Below, one piece after another: positions 12,402-24,880 of a stretch of DNA of 64,000 nucleotides. Location of the stretch: positions 17,484,001 to 17,548,000 of the forward strand of contig CM069163.1 of the NCBI GenBank assembly GCA_035221665.1. The letters run 5' to 3'. A program made the position numbers and the translations under genes. Source of the stretch: Okamejei kenojei. Taxonomy: Eukaryota. Within the stretch, counting starts at the first letter, position 1. Each line of letters opens with the position of its first letter. Below the pieces are notes generated by a model that saw nothing but the letters and a program-made list of their open reading frames with translations, was not told where the DNA came from and ran no database searches.

Positions 12402-13368
12402 TGCTTGATAAATTTATTGGCTACTGTAAATCGCCCCTAGTATAGATGGTTGGTAGGAGAATCTGGGTGCAGTAAATGGAAATGGACTGAGTCATGGATT
12501 ACACAGCATAGACACAGGCCCCTCGTCCAACTCGTCCATGCCAATCAAGATGACCTATCTAAGCTGGTTTTATTTGCCTGAGTTTAGCCCATAGCCCTCT
12601 ATACTTTTCCTTTCCGTATACCTGTCCAAATGTCTTTCAAATGTTGTTGTTAAAGAGAGAAGAGATTACAGGGAAATAGACGGGGGAATGAGAGCTTTAA
12701 TGGGACAAATGGCCGCCTCCTGGAGAGCTTCAATACTTTGAACCCATTACATGGCCATCAAGGTGAAAAAATTAAAATCTGGAATGTGCCTGGGGACAGA
12801 GGCATGCAGGGATCCCAAACGCTTGTTGGAGTGGAGGAGATTGCAGAGGCAAATTTGGGTGGGAAATCTGAACCCAAGGGTGAAGTTTCCAAATTATCAT
12901 TAGCAGTTTCTGACATGCTCCAAAGTTCCAGTGACCAGATGTGTGACTTTGGTGACAGACAGATCTAAGGGCCTTAATGTCATTCGAGCTGTACAGCACG
13001 GAAACAGGCTGTTTGACCTACCATGTCCAGGCAAACCTATTTGGCATACCTTTTGCTGGCAATTGGCTTATAGCTCACTGTATCTGCTTCTATAGTTTCT
13101 CTGGCAGCTAATTCATGATATGGAAAATGAATGAAATGAATGAATGAAAAAGTTGCCCCTGAGGTTCCACCTAAATCCCTTTCTTCTCACTATATGCCTT
13201 ATTGTATTAGAATCCACCATCTTGGTAACAAAGACAGCATTTACTTTATCCATGCCCCTCATGATCTGAAATACCTCAATATGGACCTTGCACTTGCAGA
13301 AGGCCTGAAAGCTCCTCAGAATGGTGGATAACCTTATTTTAAACCCCTGTGGCTGCTGTACTTTATAA

Positions 13369-13495
13369 GTCTGAAGAAGGGTCTCGACCCGAAATGTCGC
13401 CTATCTCCTTCGCTCCTTAGATACTCCTGCACCCGCTGAGTTTCTCCAGCCTTTTGTGTACCCTCGATTCTCCAGCATCTGCAGTTCCTTCTTTA
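13369..13495 (+). mobile_element. Short PLE-derived element (single arm) with hammerhead-like core
   Basis: CTGAAGAAGGGTCTCGACCCGAAATGTC at 13371. TSD GTACTTTATAA (13358-13368/13496-13506). Confidence 0.8.
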
Positions 13496-15754
13496 GTACT
13501 TTATAAATTGTTGACTTGTACAAAATGCAGCAGAAAGGAAGTCAGTCAGATACTTGGAACTTGACTGCAGAGGATTTCCCTTTCACTGTTAGGCTTATAA
13601 TTGTTTATGTGTCATTTCCTTCAATAGTTCACCATCATAAGCTCTCTTTTGTTTTCCTTTGTCGCTTCCAAATTGTTATTCCAGACTTTAATTTGAAAGC
13701 TGTGTTTGTGCACAGCAACATCCTCGTCACATCTTTCACTGGAAGATAGATGAGCGGGGTTGATGCATCTGTCCAATGGTGCTGTTGGAGTTGTGGTACC
13801 TTTACAGGAGAGTAGTGAGAGCAAGAAAAATAGAGCAAGATATTCCTGCATAAATTCTGGCATACAGGGAGAAATGCAAGTTATCCAGATAATGATGGAA
13901 ATACTCATTAAGTTAGATAGCATCTGTTAGAGAGAAAGAAACATGATGTAGAATGGGACAAAGATAGAGTGGACTCTCCTGTTGTTGCGTACCCGGGACA
14001 GGATGGAATACGTTTGCACAAAGGAGCAAGTCTAGGTTTCTGTCATCCAATCACTGGTGGCCAATCCAAACCATGGCAACCAGTGTCAGTGCCTTACTGG
14101 GCTAGAATGTGGAGGTCAGATGATCTCATGACACAAATTCAAATTCTACCTAACAGGTAAATTCAAGTAAACGACACAAAGGTTGTATCAGTAATGATGG
14201 ACATGAAACTAATTGTGAAGGAAATATAGTTTAGAACTATTTGTGATTGCAGACCCACCAAAAAGGTTAACCCTCACTGCTCTCTGGGGACCATTAGGGA
14301 TGGACAATAAATGACAGTATGCCTAGTAACAGGATGCATTTACAAGCATTGTTCTATTTTTTGTGACATTTTCCTGTGATGATTATGTTGACAGGCATTG
14401 ATCCTTGTGAAGAGAAAACTTTGATTTCAGGTGCTCAGTATTAGTAAAAGATCTCTCAGGTGTAAACTAAATCATCTTCTGCTCTACCCTCACCAACCCC
14501 TGGGCTTCCAGTTAGATCCTCTGTTTATCCCAACACAGCTGCAACCAGTCAGTACTTTCCTCAGTCAAGATGGTTTTATATTGTGGTCTATGAGCATGGA
14601 GCGTTAAATGACATTCCACAAACCTGTTCTACTCAGCCAGCTGAATCAGGTGACCCTCACTCTGTTAGGGTTGGACGAGAGTTCATATATGAGGATTTTA
14701 TTCCCCCCAAACAATTATTTTATCTCAAAAAATTTGAAATTATACAATGCAGGACATTCACCTGTCTGCATCCATTATCCCAAAGCATACCATTACATTT
14801 ATTTTTTAAAAATTATACTATGTTGACATTGTGTCAACATGGCATCATTTTTAAAATTTTCAACAATGCATTCACTCACGCACCCCAGCCCATAACGCAG
14901 GGCAAGACAGAGGAAACAAGGGTTGTGGTGACTCCTTGACCTGCGCAATCTTGCATGGAGCTGCCCTTAGGGTCTGGTGATAAAGTGATCCTGCTTCAGC
15001 ACATGAACTCTGGCTCCCTTCTGCGGAGAAGAAGGGGGTAGGCAGAACAAAATAACAAAAGACTGAATAAAAAAAGTAAAGGAGAGGTTATTTGGCTTTG
15101 ATTGTAGTAATCTGTTGTCATGGAGACCAGACCAGGAGGAAACATATACAGTATCACTGGGTGATTGATGGTGGAACTAATCCAGAGTCAACAAGAGGGT
15201 TATTAAGAACAAGTGAGCACCACGTTATATCTTGAAGTAGCCTCACCCACATACTTGATAACCCTCCTGACTATTCCAAATTAACAAAAGAGGGTCCCCT
15301 ACCATTATGCATAACATTTAAGGTGAGCTATTCTGCAGTGCCTTGGTTGTTTAAAGTGGCCAACATGCTGTTGAGGAATATAAAACACACAAGGGCCTCA
15401 GGCCCAGATGAAACACCCCTGGGTTTCTCTCGGAGATGAGCCAGGCACGATTCCTGCTTCAACTGGAACCTTCATGGGGGCATGTGTTTCAATTAGAGGT
15501 ACTGAATTTGGCTGTTAACCACCCACAGTTGAATCCTCTTGTGCTACCCGTTGTGCAGTTGGCTTGACATCACATGGCAAAATTCTGTACCTTCAGGAGT
15601 GGAAGTGAAAACATTTACAACAGTTTAAAAAGAAAGGCTCAGCAGGAAAATTGTTCTTCCTCGTGATTGTGGTTTGTTGCCAAACCGTTGAGTGGTTGTT
15701 AGAGTCTATTGTTTCCATAAATTGGCTGACATATTTTCTATACTGAAACAGTGA

Positions 15755-16110
15755 CTCTAGAGTCATAGAGCTGTACAGCATCAGGAACTTGGCCCTTCAG
15801 CCCACCTTGTCCATGCGGACCAAGTTTGAACACTGTGCTAATCCCATTTGCCTGCATTTAGCCTACAGCCCTCTACATGTTTTCTATCTATAGATCTACC
15901 CAAATGTTTTATAAAAGTCATAATTGCATTTGCTTCTGTAGCTTCCTCTAGCAACTCATTCAGATAAGGGCTACCCTCTGAGTGAAAAAAGGTTGCTCAG
16001 GAGGTCCTGCTTAAATCACTTCCATCTCACCTTAAGCCTATGCTCCCCCCCCCCAGGGAATCCACTGCCTTGGGGAAAGGACTGAGCTTTATACCCCCCT
16101 TGATCTTGTA
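15755..16110 (-). mobile_element. CR1 3' end fragment
   Basis: agagtcatagagctgtacagc...ggcccttcagccc...cccatttgcctgcattt pattern, recurring across the window. Confidence 0.7.
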
Positions 16111-16759
16111 AACTTTGTATCTTTATATTTTTATAAAGTTTTAATTAAAAAACTTTGAAATTGTGAGACAATATGTAAATATAAAACTTATGGGTTTTTT
16201 TCCTAAAAATGTTTACACTCCAAAGAACCAGTGATGTTAAAGTGAGACTGTAGTTTGCAGACAGCATGCTCCTGTAAAGTTCTGATCTGCTCCACACTTT
16301 ATCAGGACGTTCCTGAAAACAGCTGCTTTTGGATTTGTAACTTGACACATGTAACAAGCTGCATTCCTGACACTATGAAGCCCTGTACATTCACCACTTG
16401 TCCAAACATCTGTCAGCAAATTCCCACTCTTCGAGGGTTGATCACTCACACTTTATATTCGCCAATCAACAACAAATCCTCTTTTCATTGCCCCTTACAA
16501 AACTTTATGCCTTTAATTTGCCATTAAAACTTGTTGCTTACATTTCAGTGTCTTCACTCTTTCCGTATGGACTGCTCATAAAGGAGATGATCGTTGAAAT
16601 TTCAATACACAGCGTTATTATTGAGATTTCCCTATAGACTAATTTGGTGATTGAACCATAGAGAGTAGAAAGACCACAATTCCTATGGTTAGATGATCTG
16701 AAAAATTGCAATTGTGTTTAACCTTCAATTCTCATGTTTAATGAAGAACAAGATCATGC

Positions 16760-17165
16760 AAGTGACCTGATTGAGATGTACAAGATCATGAGGGACATGG
16801 ATAAAATGAATGCTCATTGTCTTTTTTTCCCCAGAGTAGAGGATTCTAAAACTAAAGGCCATAGGCTTAAGGAGAGTGTGGAGAGATCTAAGGGGAATCT
16901 CAGGGGCAACATCCACTCAGCGGGTGATCCATATCTGGAATTAATTGCCAGATGAAGCTATAGAACCGGATGCAATTACGTTTTATTTGGTATATTTGTA
17001 TAGTATATTGTACTTTATTAAGTGTATTTGGACAGGTATATGGATAGGAAGGGTTGAAAGGGCTATGGGCCAAATGCAGGCCAATGGAATTAACCCAATA
17101 TGCCAAGTTGACATGGGCAAGGTGGGCCAAAGGTCATGTCTCGGCATGGTCCAACTCTATGACTA
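16760..17165 (+). mobile_element. CR1 3' fragment
   Basis: DLIEMYKIMRDMDK...KTKGHRLK C-terminal ORF2 motif. Confidence 0.8.
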
Positions 17166-18852
17166 TGCCTGGTCCTGGCATAGTGGTGACCCAAGGTTTA
17201 AGTACTTGTGCGGATGTCCATTGGCACATTGTTATAGAATGGTTTCACATTGTCCACACTCACATTTGAGTTCTCACATGAAAACAGGCTGCACTTAGGT
17301 GAGGTGTTGAAGGGCAATCAGCATCTTTGAACCAATGCTGAGACTTAGTGCCTTCTATGTAGGCGGGGAATAACGCTCCTCATTAAATTTTAAATAAAAG
17401 ATTACTGAAAGGAAAAAGAGTTACTGCAGTTAATTAATAGCATCATTACACAACCATATATTGGTGCGCAGTTACCATGTTTAAATCATATTAATAGCTT
17501 GTTAATAGGCATTTTACGTCATGGTAATTGATTATAATTTCTTCTTCAAATATGCCCCTTTCCCCTCCCCTTTAAAAATAAAATATTACTCACAATGGCA
17601 ATGGGAAGCAGACTGAAACATTAACTTCCACCAATGCAGTTCACCGCATCAAAACATTTAGTATTGGAGAGTGATCTTGGTTGTTTGGTTGTCCCGATGT
17701 ATTCTCAGAGGCTGGATCATGAGAACTCACTTTCTACCCACCCTCTTGCTTTTGGGATTCTCCAGGGTGGCTCTTATTATTGAATTCCACCGTTTGAGAG
17801 GTTTCCTACCCTTCTTTACACGTAAAGAACATCTGGCTGCTGAACTTAGATTTGTCTAGTTTCTAACCCCCCCCCTCCCCCCTATCAAGTGACCACCTAA
17901 CCTGAACTGAAGGTGCAATATTCCTGGATTAGGAACAAGAGTAGACCATTCTCTACAACTGGGCCATGCAGGTACCAACGTGTGCTTTCATTTAAAATGT
18001 TCAACTAATTTATTTTTATGATTAACGTTTCCAATTCTATTGCATCTTGCTTATGTATGATTGGCAGAATATTACCCAGGGTTAATTTTGTAATTTGGTT
18101 CCTATGATAATTAAAAAAAGGATTTTTCGTAGAGTGTAAAAAGCGATTCTAAAATTTAAATTAGATTTGAGAGAAGGGATGAAGGGGTTAAACTTCAGAT
18201 TCAGGCCCGTTGCAGATGGAAGGATATGTTCTGATTGCAAGTTCCTGAGTTCAAAAGGTGCTGCTGCTGTGAGTGTTACAGGAACAGACGATCTTCCACC
18301 AGAATGTACTTGATGTCCTTATGAAGGAAGCCTTAATTCTGTCCTCGTCTAATGTAGAGAGAGGGGACTTGCGTCAATGTTAGTATGCATGTTCAGTGAC
18401 CTTCCCCACCTCCACAGCTGTGAGGTGATAGGGCCATACCATGTCACAAGTAAACATTTTTTTATAACCTTTGAAATGGTCTTGTGCATTTTTTCACTGA
18501 TATAGTTTTGTGTGTTTCAGACCCAGTGTTCTAAGATCACATTTTTATCCTTAAACACCTTGACAGTGAATGTTTCAATGAGGCTATCAACATTCATACC
18601 ATAGGCCTGATACAGTTTGGGATTAACTTGAGAGAACATGAACCAGGCCATGTTGCCCAACTGATCATTGTTGCTCTCCTCCCACCTTTCATCATTTCGT
18701 ATTACTATCATAATTCTCGTAGATTCATAGGGCTGTAAAACAAGGGCCAAAGCTGTTAGGCCTATCTGTCCATACCAACCATGATTAAGAGGCATGGCAG
18801 GGGGCATTCATATTGTGCCTCTAAAGGTGAAATTCTTGGACTGGCTCAAGAG

Positions 18853-19200
18853 GGAAGCACTGTGGTAGAACCACTGCCTCACAGTGCTAAAGACCTGGGT
18901 TTTATCCTGACTGTGGATACTTTCTGTGTGGAGTTTGCACGTTTTCTCTCTGACTGTGTGGGATTCCTCCAGGTGCTCCGGTTTCCTCCCACATCCCAAA
19001 CCAATGCGGGTCTGTAGGTTAATTGGCCTCTGTAAATTGCCCCCATTGTGTAGGGAGTCGATGAAACATAGAAACATAGAAGGTAGGTGCAGGAGTAGGC
19101 CATTTGGCCCTTCGAGCCAGCACTGCCATTCAATATCATGGCTGATCATCCAGAATTGATAGTTGGTATGGACTTGGTGGGCCGAAGGACCTGTTTCAAT
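18853..19200 (+). mobile_element. V-SINE (HE1-like) with a nested CR1 3' end (about 19063-19150)
   Basis: tRNA-like head, V-domain gtgtggagtttgcacgt...ccggtttcctcccacatcccaaa, CR1-derived tail. Confidence 0.8.
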
Positions 19201-20439
19201 GCGAGTTGGAATACAGGGCAAATCCCATTTGACTGTATTTGGCTCACAGCTCTCTGGACCTTTCTTAGCCATATATTTGTCCAAATGTCTTTTGAATGCA
19301 TATTCCTTTCTCTCTTTTTTGTATCTCTACACTAATGATATATTAAGCTCTGTCAAATTTATGAATTCTATGTACTAACTATTCTCTGGTAGTGAGATCT
19401 CTCCTGAATTAGTGACTATTACATGTATGACCTCTTGTCTAATTTCAAAATGAAAATGTTATTCCTGAGCTTACCTCTTCCAATCTTTTCATACTTGCAA
19501 AGACTGTTGTCAGCTTTCTTTCAGTATCATCTGAGACCCTCTACAGGACTGAAAGGTTCCTTTAAGATCTGCAATCCCCTTGGCTTAAAGATGAGATGAG
19601 TAATCAGGCCAGGAAGCTCAGTAGGAAATGGTTCTGTTCAAATGTTGGTCGCAGATTCCGTTCCCAGCTCAGGCTTTGAATAGCTGGAAGTTCAAATGTA
19701 ACCCCAAGTGGACCATTAATAACCAACCCTGCCTTTTCCTTTGGGTATACAAAGCTGAAGTGGGCTGGGTCGTTACACTCATCTCTCATGATTCATCAGT
19801 TTGCTGCCTTAGCTGTTTCCAAGAAAAAAAATCACAAAAATTCTACTGTGCAAGCCGAGGTTGAAACACCCTCTGTCCAAGTTCAGGAATCATTTGATTT
19901 TAATACGAGAAACTAGAATGAAAAACTGAGGAAAATGGCGCGTGGAAAATCAAGGTGTAGGAATGAATCAAAGGTCAGTCTAGAAATCAGGGGTTGGGCA
20001 TGGTCACGTGTGGGTTAGAGGTGCATGGATGGAGGAAGGTGGCATCTCCTTGAAGTTCAGTGATTTTGAAGTTAAGTGAAAATGAGCAATGGGAGAAGTC
20101 TATATGATGAGCCTTGATTCAACACTCTGACAATGTGGAGAGAGGGAAGTTTGGATTTTAGTATGGACAAACTAGGAAAAGTACAATGGACTGTATGTGA
20201 TGTGAGTTGGTGCTATTTGAAGGGTTCTCTACGAACTTGTCTAATTCAAATGCAGTGGGTGGGTATGAAGAGGAGAAACACTGAAGGTATTTATCTTCTC
20301 CCTCAAATTATTATTATTCTGATGGTCTTCCCAGGGTAAGAAAATAAATGAATGATTTGTTCACAAGGTCCCTGCTGAGATGCTTTTGTAGAATTATAGA
20401 ATTATCCAACACATAAACCCATCCATCAGCTCTGTACAT

Positions 20440-20665
20440 CCGTGCCAAGCTGCAAATGCTGGAGCTGGAATCTTGTGCAAACAATAATCTTCTGATGGAA
20501 CACAGTGGATCAGGCAGCATCTGTCTAAGGAAATTGACACACGATGTTTCAGGTTGGGATTCTTCTTCTAAAGAAGGATCCTGACCCGGACAACGCCCTC
20601 TGTCCATTTCCTTCCACAAATGCTGCCTGATCCACTGTGTTCCACCAGAAGATTGGTTTTGGCAA
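20440..20665. mobile_element. Older fold-back PLE-derived element
   Basis: Arms ggaacacagtggatcaggcagcat / atgctgcctgatccactgtgttcc with degenerate cores between them. Confidence 0.65.
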
Positions 20666-20844
20666 TGAAAATGTTGTATGTTTTAATGAAATATCCTGCT
20701 ATACAGTCTACTTAATCACTCCTCACTGGAGAATTTCTCCCAATTCCAAGAATCAGTTTAATGAACCATTGTAATGCTTGTCATCTTCCTGATGCTAATT
20801 GTATACAAAAAAATATATATATTTTAATGTTTTTACCTCAACAG

Positions 20845-20884
20845 TAACCTACAGAATATGGATTCCAAATCAGAATATGTCAAG
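20845..20884 (+). CDS. SH2D3C: SH2D3C 40-nt exon 3 ((S)NLQNMDSKSEYVK)
   Basis: ttttacctcaacag acceptor and consensus AAG|gtaagt donor. Phase 2 to phase 0. SEYVK matches human SDYVK, which precedes FSKEKY (recalled). Confidence 0.85.
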
Positions 20885-21656
20885 GTAAGTCCCTCTCCTA
20901 TTTATCTGAAAGGCAACTAATGTACCCTGAGAAATGTGACGATTACTATCTGGTCCTAATAATCTCAAAATAGTCTTTCTGACCTCAATAACAGGATTTA
21001 GATTTCAGTTAAAAAACACTTCAACAGAATAGTCATTAAACTAGAATGTTAGAGTGAATTATGTTGATTTTCCCCTTTCCCTGCAAGGGATGGAGTCGCC
21101 AGAACAAAAGGTCTTATGCTCACATCCAATGAGTCTGTTGAGGTGAAACAACTAAACTGTGTTGAGTCAATTTGGTTCAATGGCCGAGGAGTAATGGGCT
21201 TAACCATGGAGTAAATATGGGGATGAGGGAGGGGGGGAATTTTAGATGAATCATCTGCTCCTAACCATTAAGCCAATGGTGTTGGGAAGGTACTAGTTTT
21301 GGCTTGAGCTAAATACCCAATGCACAAATGAACCTTCAACACTGATCTTCAAGCTTGGGGATAACTACACGGGAGAGAAGATGGAGAATGGTTACTTGGC
21401 GTGAATTTGTCCTAAAAACTTTCAGGAGGAAACATAAATCAGCTGAAAAACTTTATAAAATTGCTTAGAATTAAGTTTGTATTGACTCCAAAGAGTGGCA
21501 AGCTTTTCAACAGCATTGCCAGGCACTTAAAATATTCATTGATTTCATTGTGTGTGCTGCAGAGCCACTCAGTCCTAACCCAGTGGCTCCACAAGGAATG
21601 GCTGCCGCAGTTAGAAAGAACATTTACGTTTGGAAAGACACAAAATGCTGGAGGAA

Positions 21657-21919
21657 ATGGCCTGTCCCACTTGGGCGACATTTGCGCGTCACGCAGATGG
21701 CGCGCGAAGATTTTGTGCCTCCCAAAATCCTGGAGCGCTGTGCATGACTGCGCGTCATTGCCTACGTCACCGTGCATCGTGCGCGAGTAATGCGTACCAT
21801 GCGTGCATCACGTGCCCGTCGCCACGCGCGTAAATGATGTCGCGTAAATGATGTGCGTCGTGACGCGTAAATGATGTCGCGTAAATGTGCGCAAATGACG
21901 CCCAAGTGGGACGGGCCCT
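21657..21919. mobile_element. PIF/Harbinger-type MITE, copy 2, nested in a PLE-derived element
   Basis: Same TIRs. Interrupts the consensus gctggagTAActcagc (flanks GAA/TAA). Confidence 0.8.
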
Positions 21920-23821
21920 TAACTCAGCAAGCAGCATCCCTGGACATGGATAGGTGACGTTTCAGGTTGGAACCCTTCTTAAGATTGGGGAGGGGGTGAT
22001 GTTAGTTAACAGGTATTGCTGAAAAAAAGGCACATGGCTGTAGTAGTGAGTCTGGGTCTTCTGCTACTTTTGTTTTACAAAATCCGACATCGATTTCCAA
22101 CATGATCTTCTACACAATAAACCAATTTTATTTCTGTCATATGCTGCCCAATAACATGACGATGGCGATCTAGGTGACAGTGATTAATTTTAACAGGGTT
22201 TTCTGAGTTTGAATGTTGATGCGTTGTTATTGCACTTTAAAAAGACAAAATGCTGGAGAACTCTTGATAGTTTTTTTTGTTAAAGGGAAATAATCTATTT
22301 TGATGAGCATTAACTGAAGTAAATTCAGGGCTGAATTGAATCTAGAGCAATTATAGATGATGGCAGAAGGATTATGTTCATTACATTTAATGTTGCATTT
22401 ATTGTACGTGTTTCTACCATCTCACTCAAAAAATAATATGGGTTGGTGTGAGATGAGAATTGAGAGAATAAATAAAAGAATACAAAACAAGAAAGAAACG
22501 GTACAAGAAGCGAGAAATGTGTACCTCCTACACACACGCAGCCACGCTGGATTCTAGCCAAGGAAAAGTAAGCAATAGAAAGATATGATGGTTGACTATA
22601 ATTATATTAACATCCAACACTGATGTCCACCCACAACAATCTGTTCAGGTTTATGTTGGTGCAGCACCCACTAATAACTTGAAGGGAAAGTTGTTCCAAA
22701 ATATAAAATTGCAAATATCTGTATACTGCAGTAGAATTCTCTGCCCAATGTTCGGAGTTGGACATAAACAACCTGTAAATTTAATCTGGCTTGTAACATT
22801 GCCAGCAGTTACACCACAAGAATGTCAACGCCGTGTCTCGTTGATATCATGATGGTGAATGACGGCAAGTAAGCAATGTTGGCGGAGGACTCTCTTTTGT
22901 AATTGAGCCACCAATGTGTGCATGAAAAGAGTCTTAATTGTTAGTCAAGTGAGTAATGTGGTTATAATGTTAACAGAATGTATCAGGGTGAGATGTTTGG
23001 ACAGGTACATGGATAGGAAATGTACATAGAGATATGGACCAGGCACGGGTACATGGGATTAGCTAGGATGGGACATGTTGTTCCACATGGACAAGTTGGG
23101 CCGAAGGGCCTGATTCTGTACTTGTACATCTCCAATATTCCCATTCTGCAGCTGCCCCCATCTTAAAATCATTGGGTGATATAGAAAAGCTGCGTATGTG
23201 CTTTGAGCTATCCATTTAATACCATCGCTCTGCTCTTTGCCTTTAGTGCTGTATTTTTTCACTTTCAAGTATTTATTTAATTTTCTTTTGAATATATTAC
23301 TTTTGAATCCACTTTCACTGCCAGTGATCAATTTTTTAATTTCATGTTCTCTGTACAATAGCCCTTCTTCCCCTGGAAACAGTTTACTTTCTCTGGCAAA
23401 ATACATAATGATGTCTGACCCCCCTCAATCAAACCTCCTGTTAATCCTCTCGGCTCTGAGAAAATGTCAGTGTCTTCCATCTCTCTGATCGCTGATACCA
23501 TTCTTGAAATCCCCTCTGCACTTTTCCAGAGGCGCTGTTAAATAGTGGCCCAAAATGAAAACAATACTCTGCAGGCCTAACAAAACTTTTATGAAAGTTT
23601 AGCACAACATGATATCTTTTCTTCAAGTGCAAACTTTCATATGGAATATACGTAAACGGTCATAACGCTATAATGGATTCTCTTTCCAGTTGTGTTTTTA
23701 GATTTTGTTATCATACATACAGTTTGGTTTAAAGTTGAGCTCATCGAAACATTGCCTGAAGCTCTGCTGGTTCCCTCCCTAAGCTCCTCCACAGAGCACC
23801 TTTCAATTCTCCTTTAAGACT

Positions 23822-23866
23822 TTGATGCTGCTGCACCCGCTGAATTTCTCCAGCCTTTTGTGTACC
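23822..23866 (+). mobile_element. Minimal 45-bp PLE-tail insertion
   Basis: TSD CTCCTTTAAGACT (23809-23821/23867-23879). Confidence 0.7.
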
Positions 23867-24189
23867 CTCCTTTAAGACTCTCTGCCTTTTTGACTTTACA
23901 TTTGGCTCTCTGAATAGTAATTTAAAACTGAGTTGAGTCAGAACAACCTGCGAGTAGTGAATCTCTGGATTTTTTTACCTAAATGGTTTTGGGAGTCAGA
24001 TATTTTATGGTATATAAAGTGGAGGCAGATACATTTTTGAAAGATGAGAGAATTCAGAGAACTGGCACAGAAGAGGAGAAGCCTAGGGCTGATCGGCCTC
24101 TGGTAGGATTGGATGGCTGAGTTGCCTATTCCTGCTACCATTTTTGTATGTTCTTGCATTATAAGCATAGGACATCACACATCTCTGTG

Positions 24190-24880
24190 CTCAGTCCCCT
24201 GCTCTACTGATTCTATACCCATGGCTGTGTAGCTGGACATTCCAACTCCTTTCAACACCTTACTGGGAACGATTTAGCGTGTAGGAGGGAGATTGATCGC
24301 CTGATTGAATGGTGCCATAACAACAACCTTGCCTTCAACGTCAGTAAGACCAAGGAGCTAAGTGTTGACATCGGTAGAGGAAGGCTGAAAATCCACTAAC
24401 CTGTCATTGATGGGTTAGTGGTGGAGAGAGTCAAAAACGTCCAGTTCCTGAGAGTGAGTTTATCTGAAGATCTCTCCTGAAACAAGCACATTGATGCAAT
24501 CATAAAGAAAGCCTACCAATAAATCTATTTCCATAGAACATTGCGGAGATTTGGAATGTTAATGAATATTCTCTTGAACTTCTACATGTGTATAGTAGAA
24601 AACATATTTATTGATTGCATATTGATCGATTGCATCTGGTTGGTTCTGCAACTCTGCTCTGGGGTGAAGGAGATTACAAAAAGTGGTGGGCACTGTCTGG
24701 GCCATCACGGGTTCTGACCTCCCCACCATCGAAGCGGTCTATCGGAGGTGATACTTCAAAAAGGCAGCCAGCATCATCAAGGACCCTCTCATTTCACTCC
24801 TGCCATCAGGAAGAATATATAAGGGTCTGAAAACTGTGACTTCCAGGTTCAGGAACAGGCTCGTGAAGACTACAAACACC
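24190..24880 (+). mobile_element. Rex1/Babar-type LINE RT fragment (degenerate)
   Basis: WCHNNNLAFNVSKTKEL...VERVKNVQFL...KHIDAIIKKAYQ motifs. Confidence 0.75.

Noticed and set aside
18853-18925. tRNA gene
   Set aside because: Degenerate tRNA-derived SINE head running into a V-domain, with no complete cloverleaf.
20855-20884. Alternative acceptor (ctacag) giving a 30-nt exon 3
   Set aside because: Out of phase with the phase-2 donors of exon 2 and exon A.
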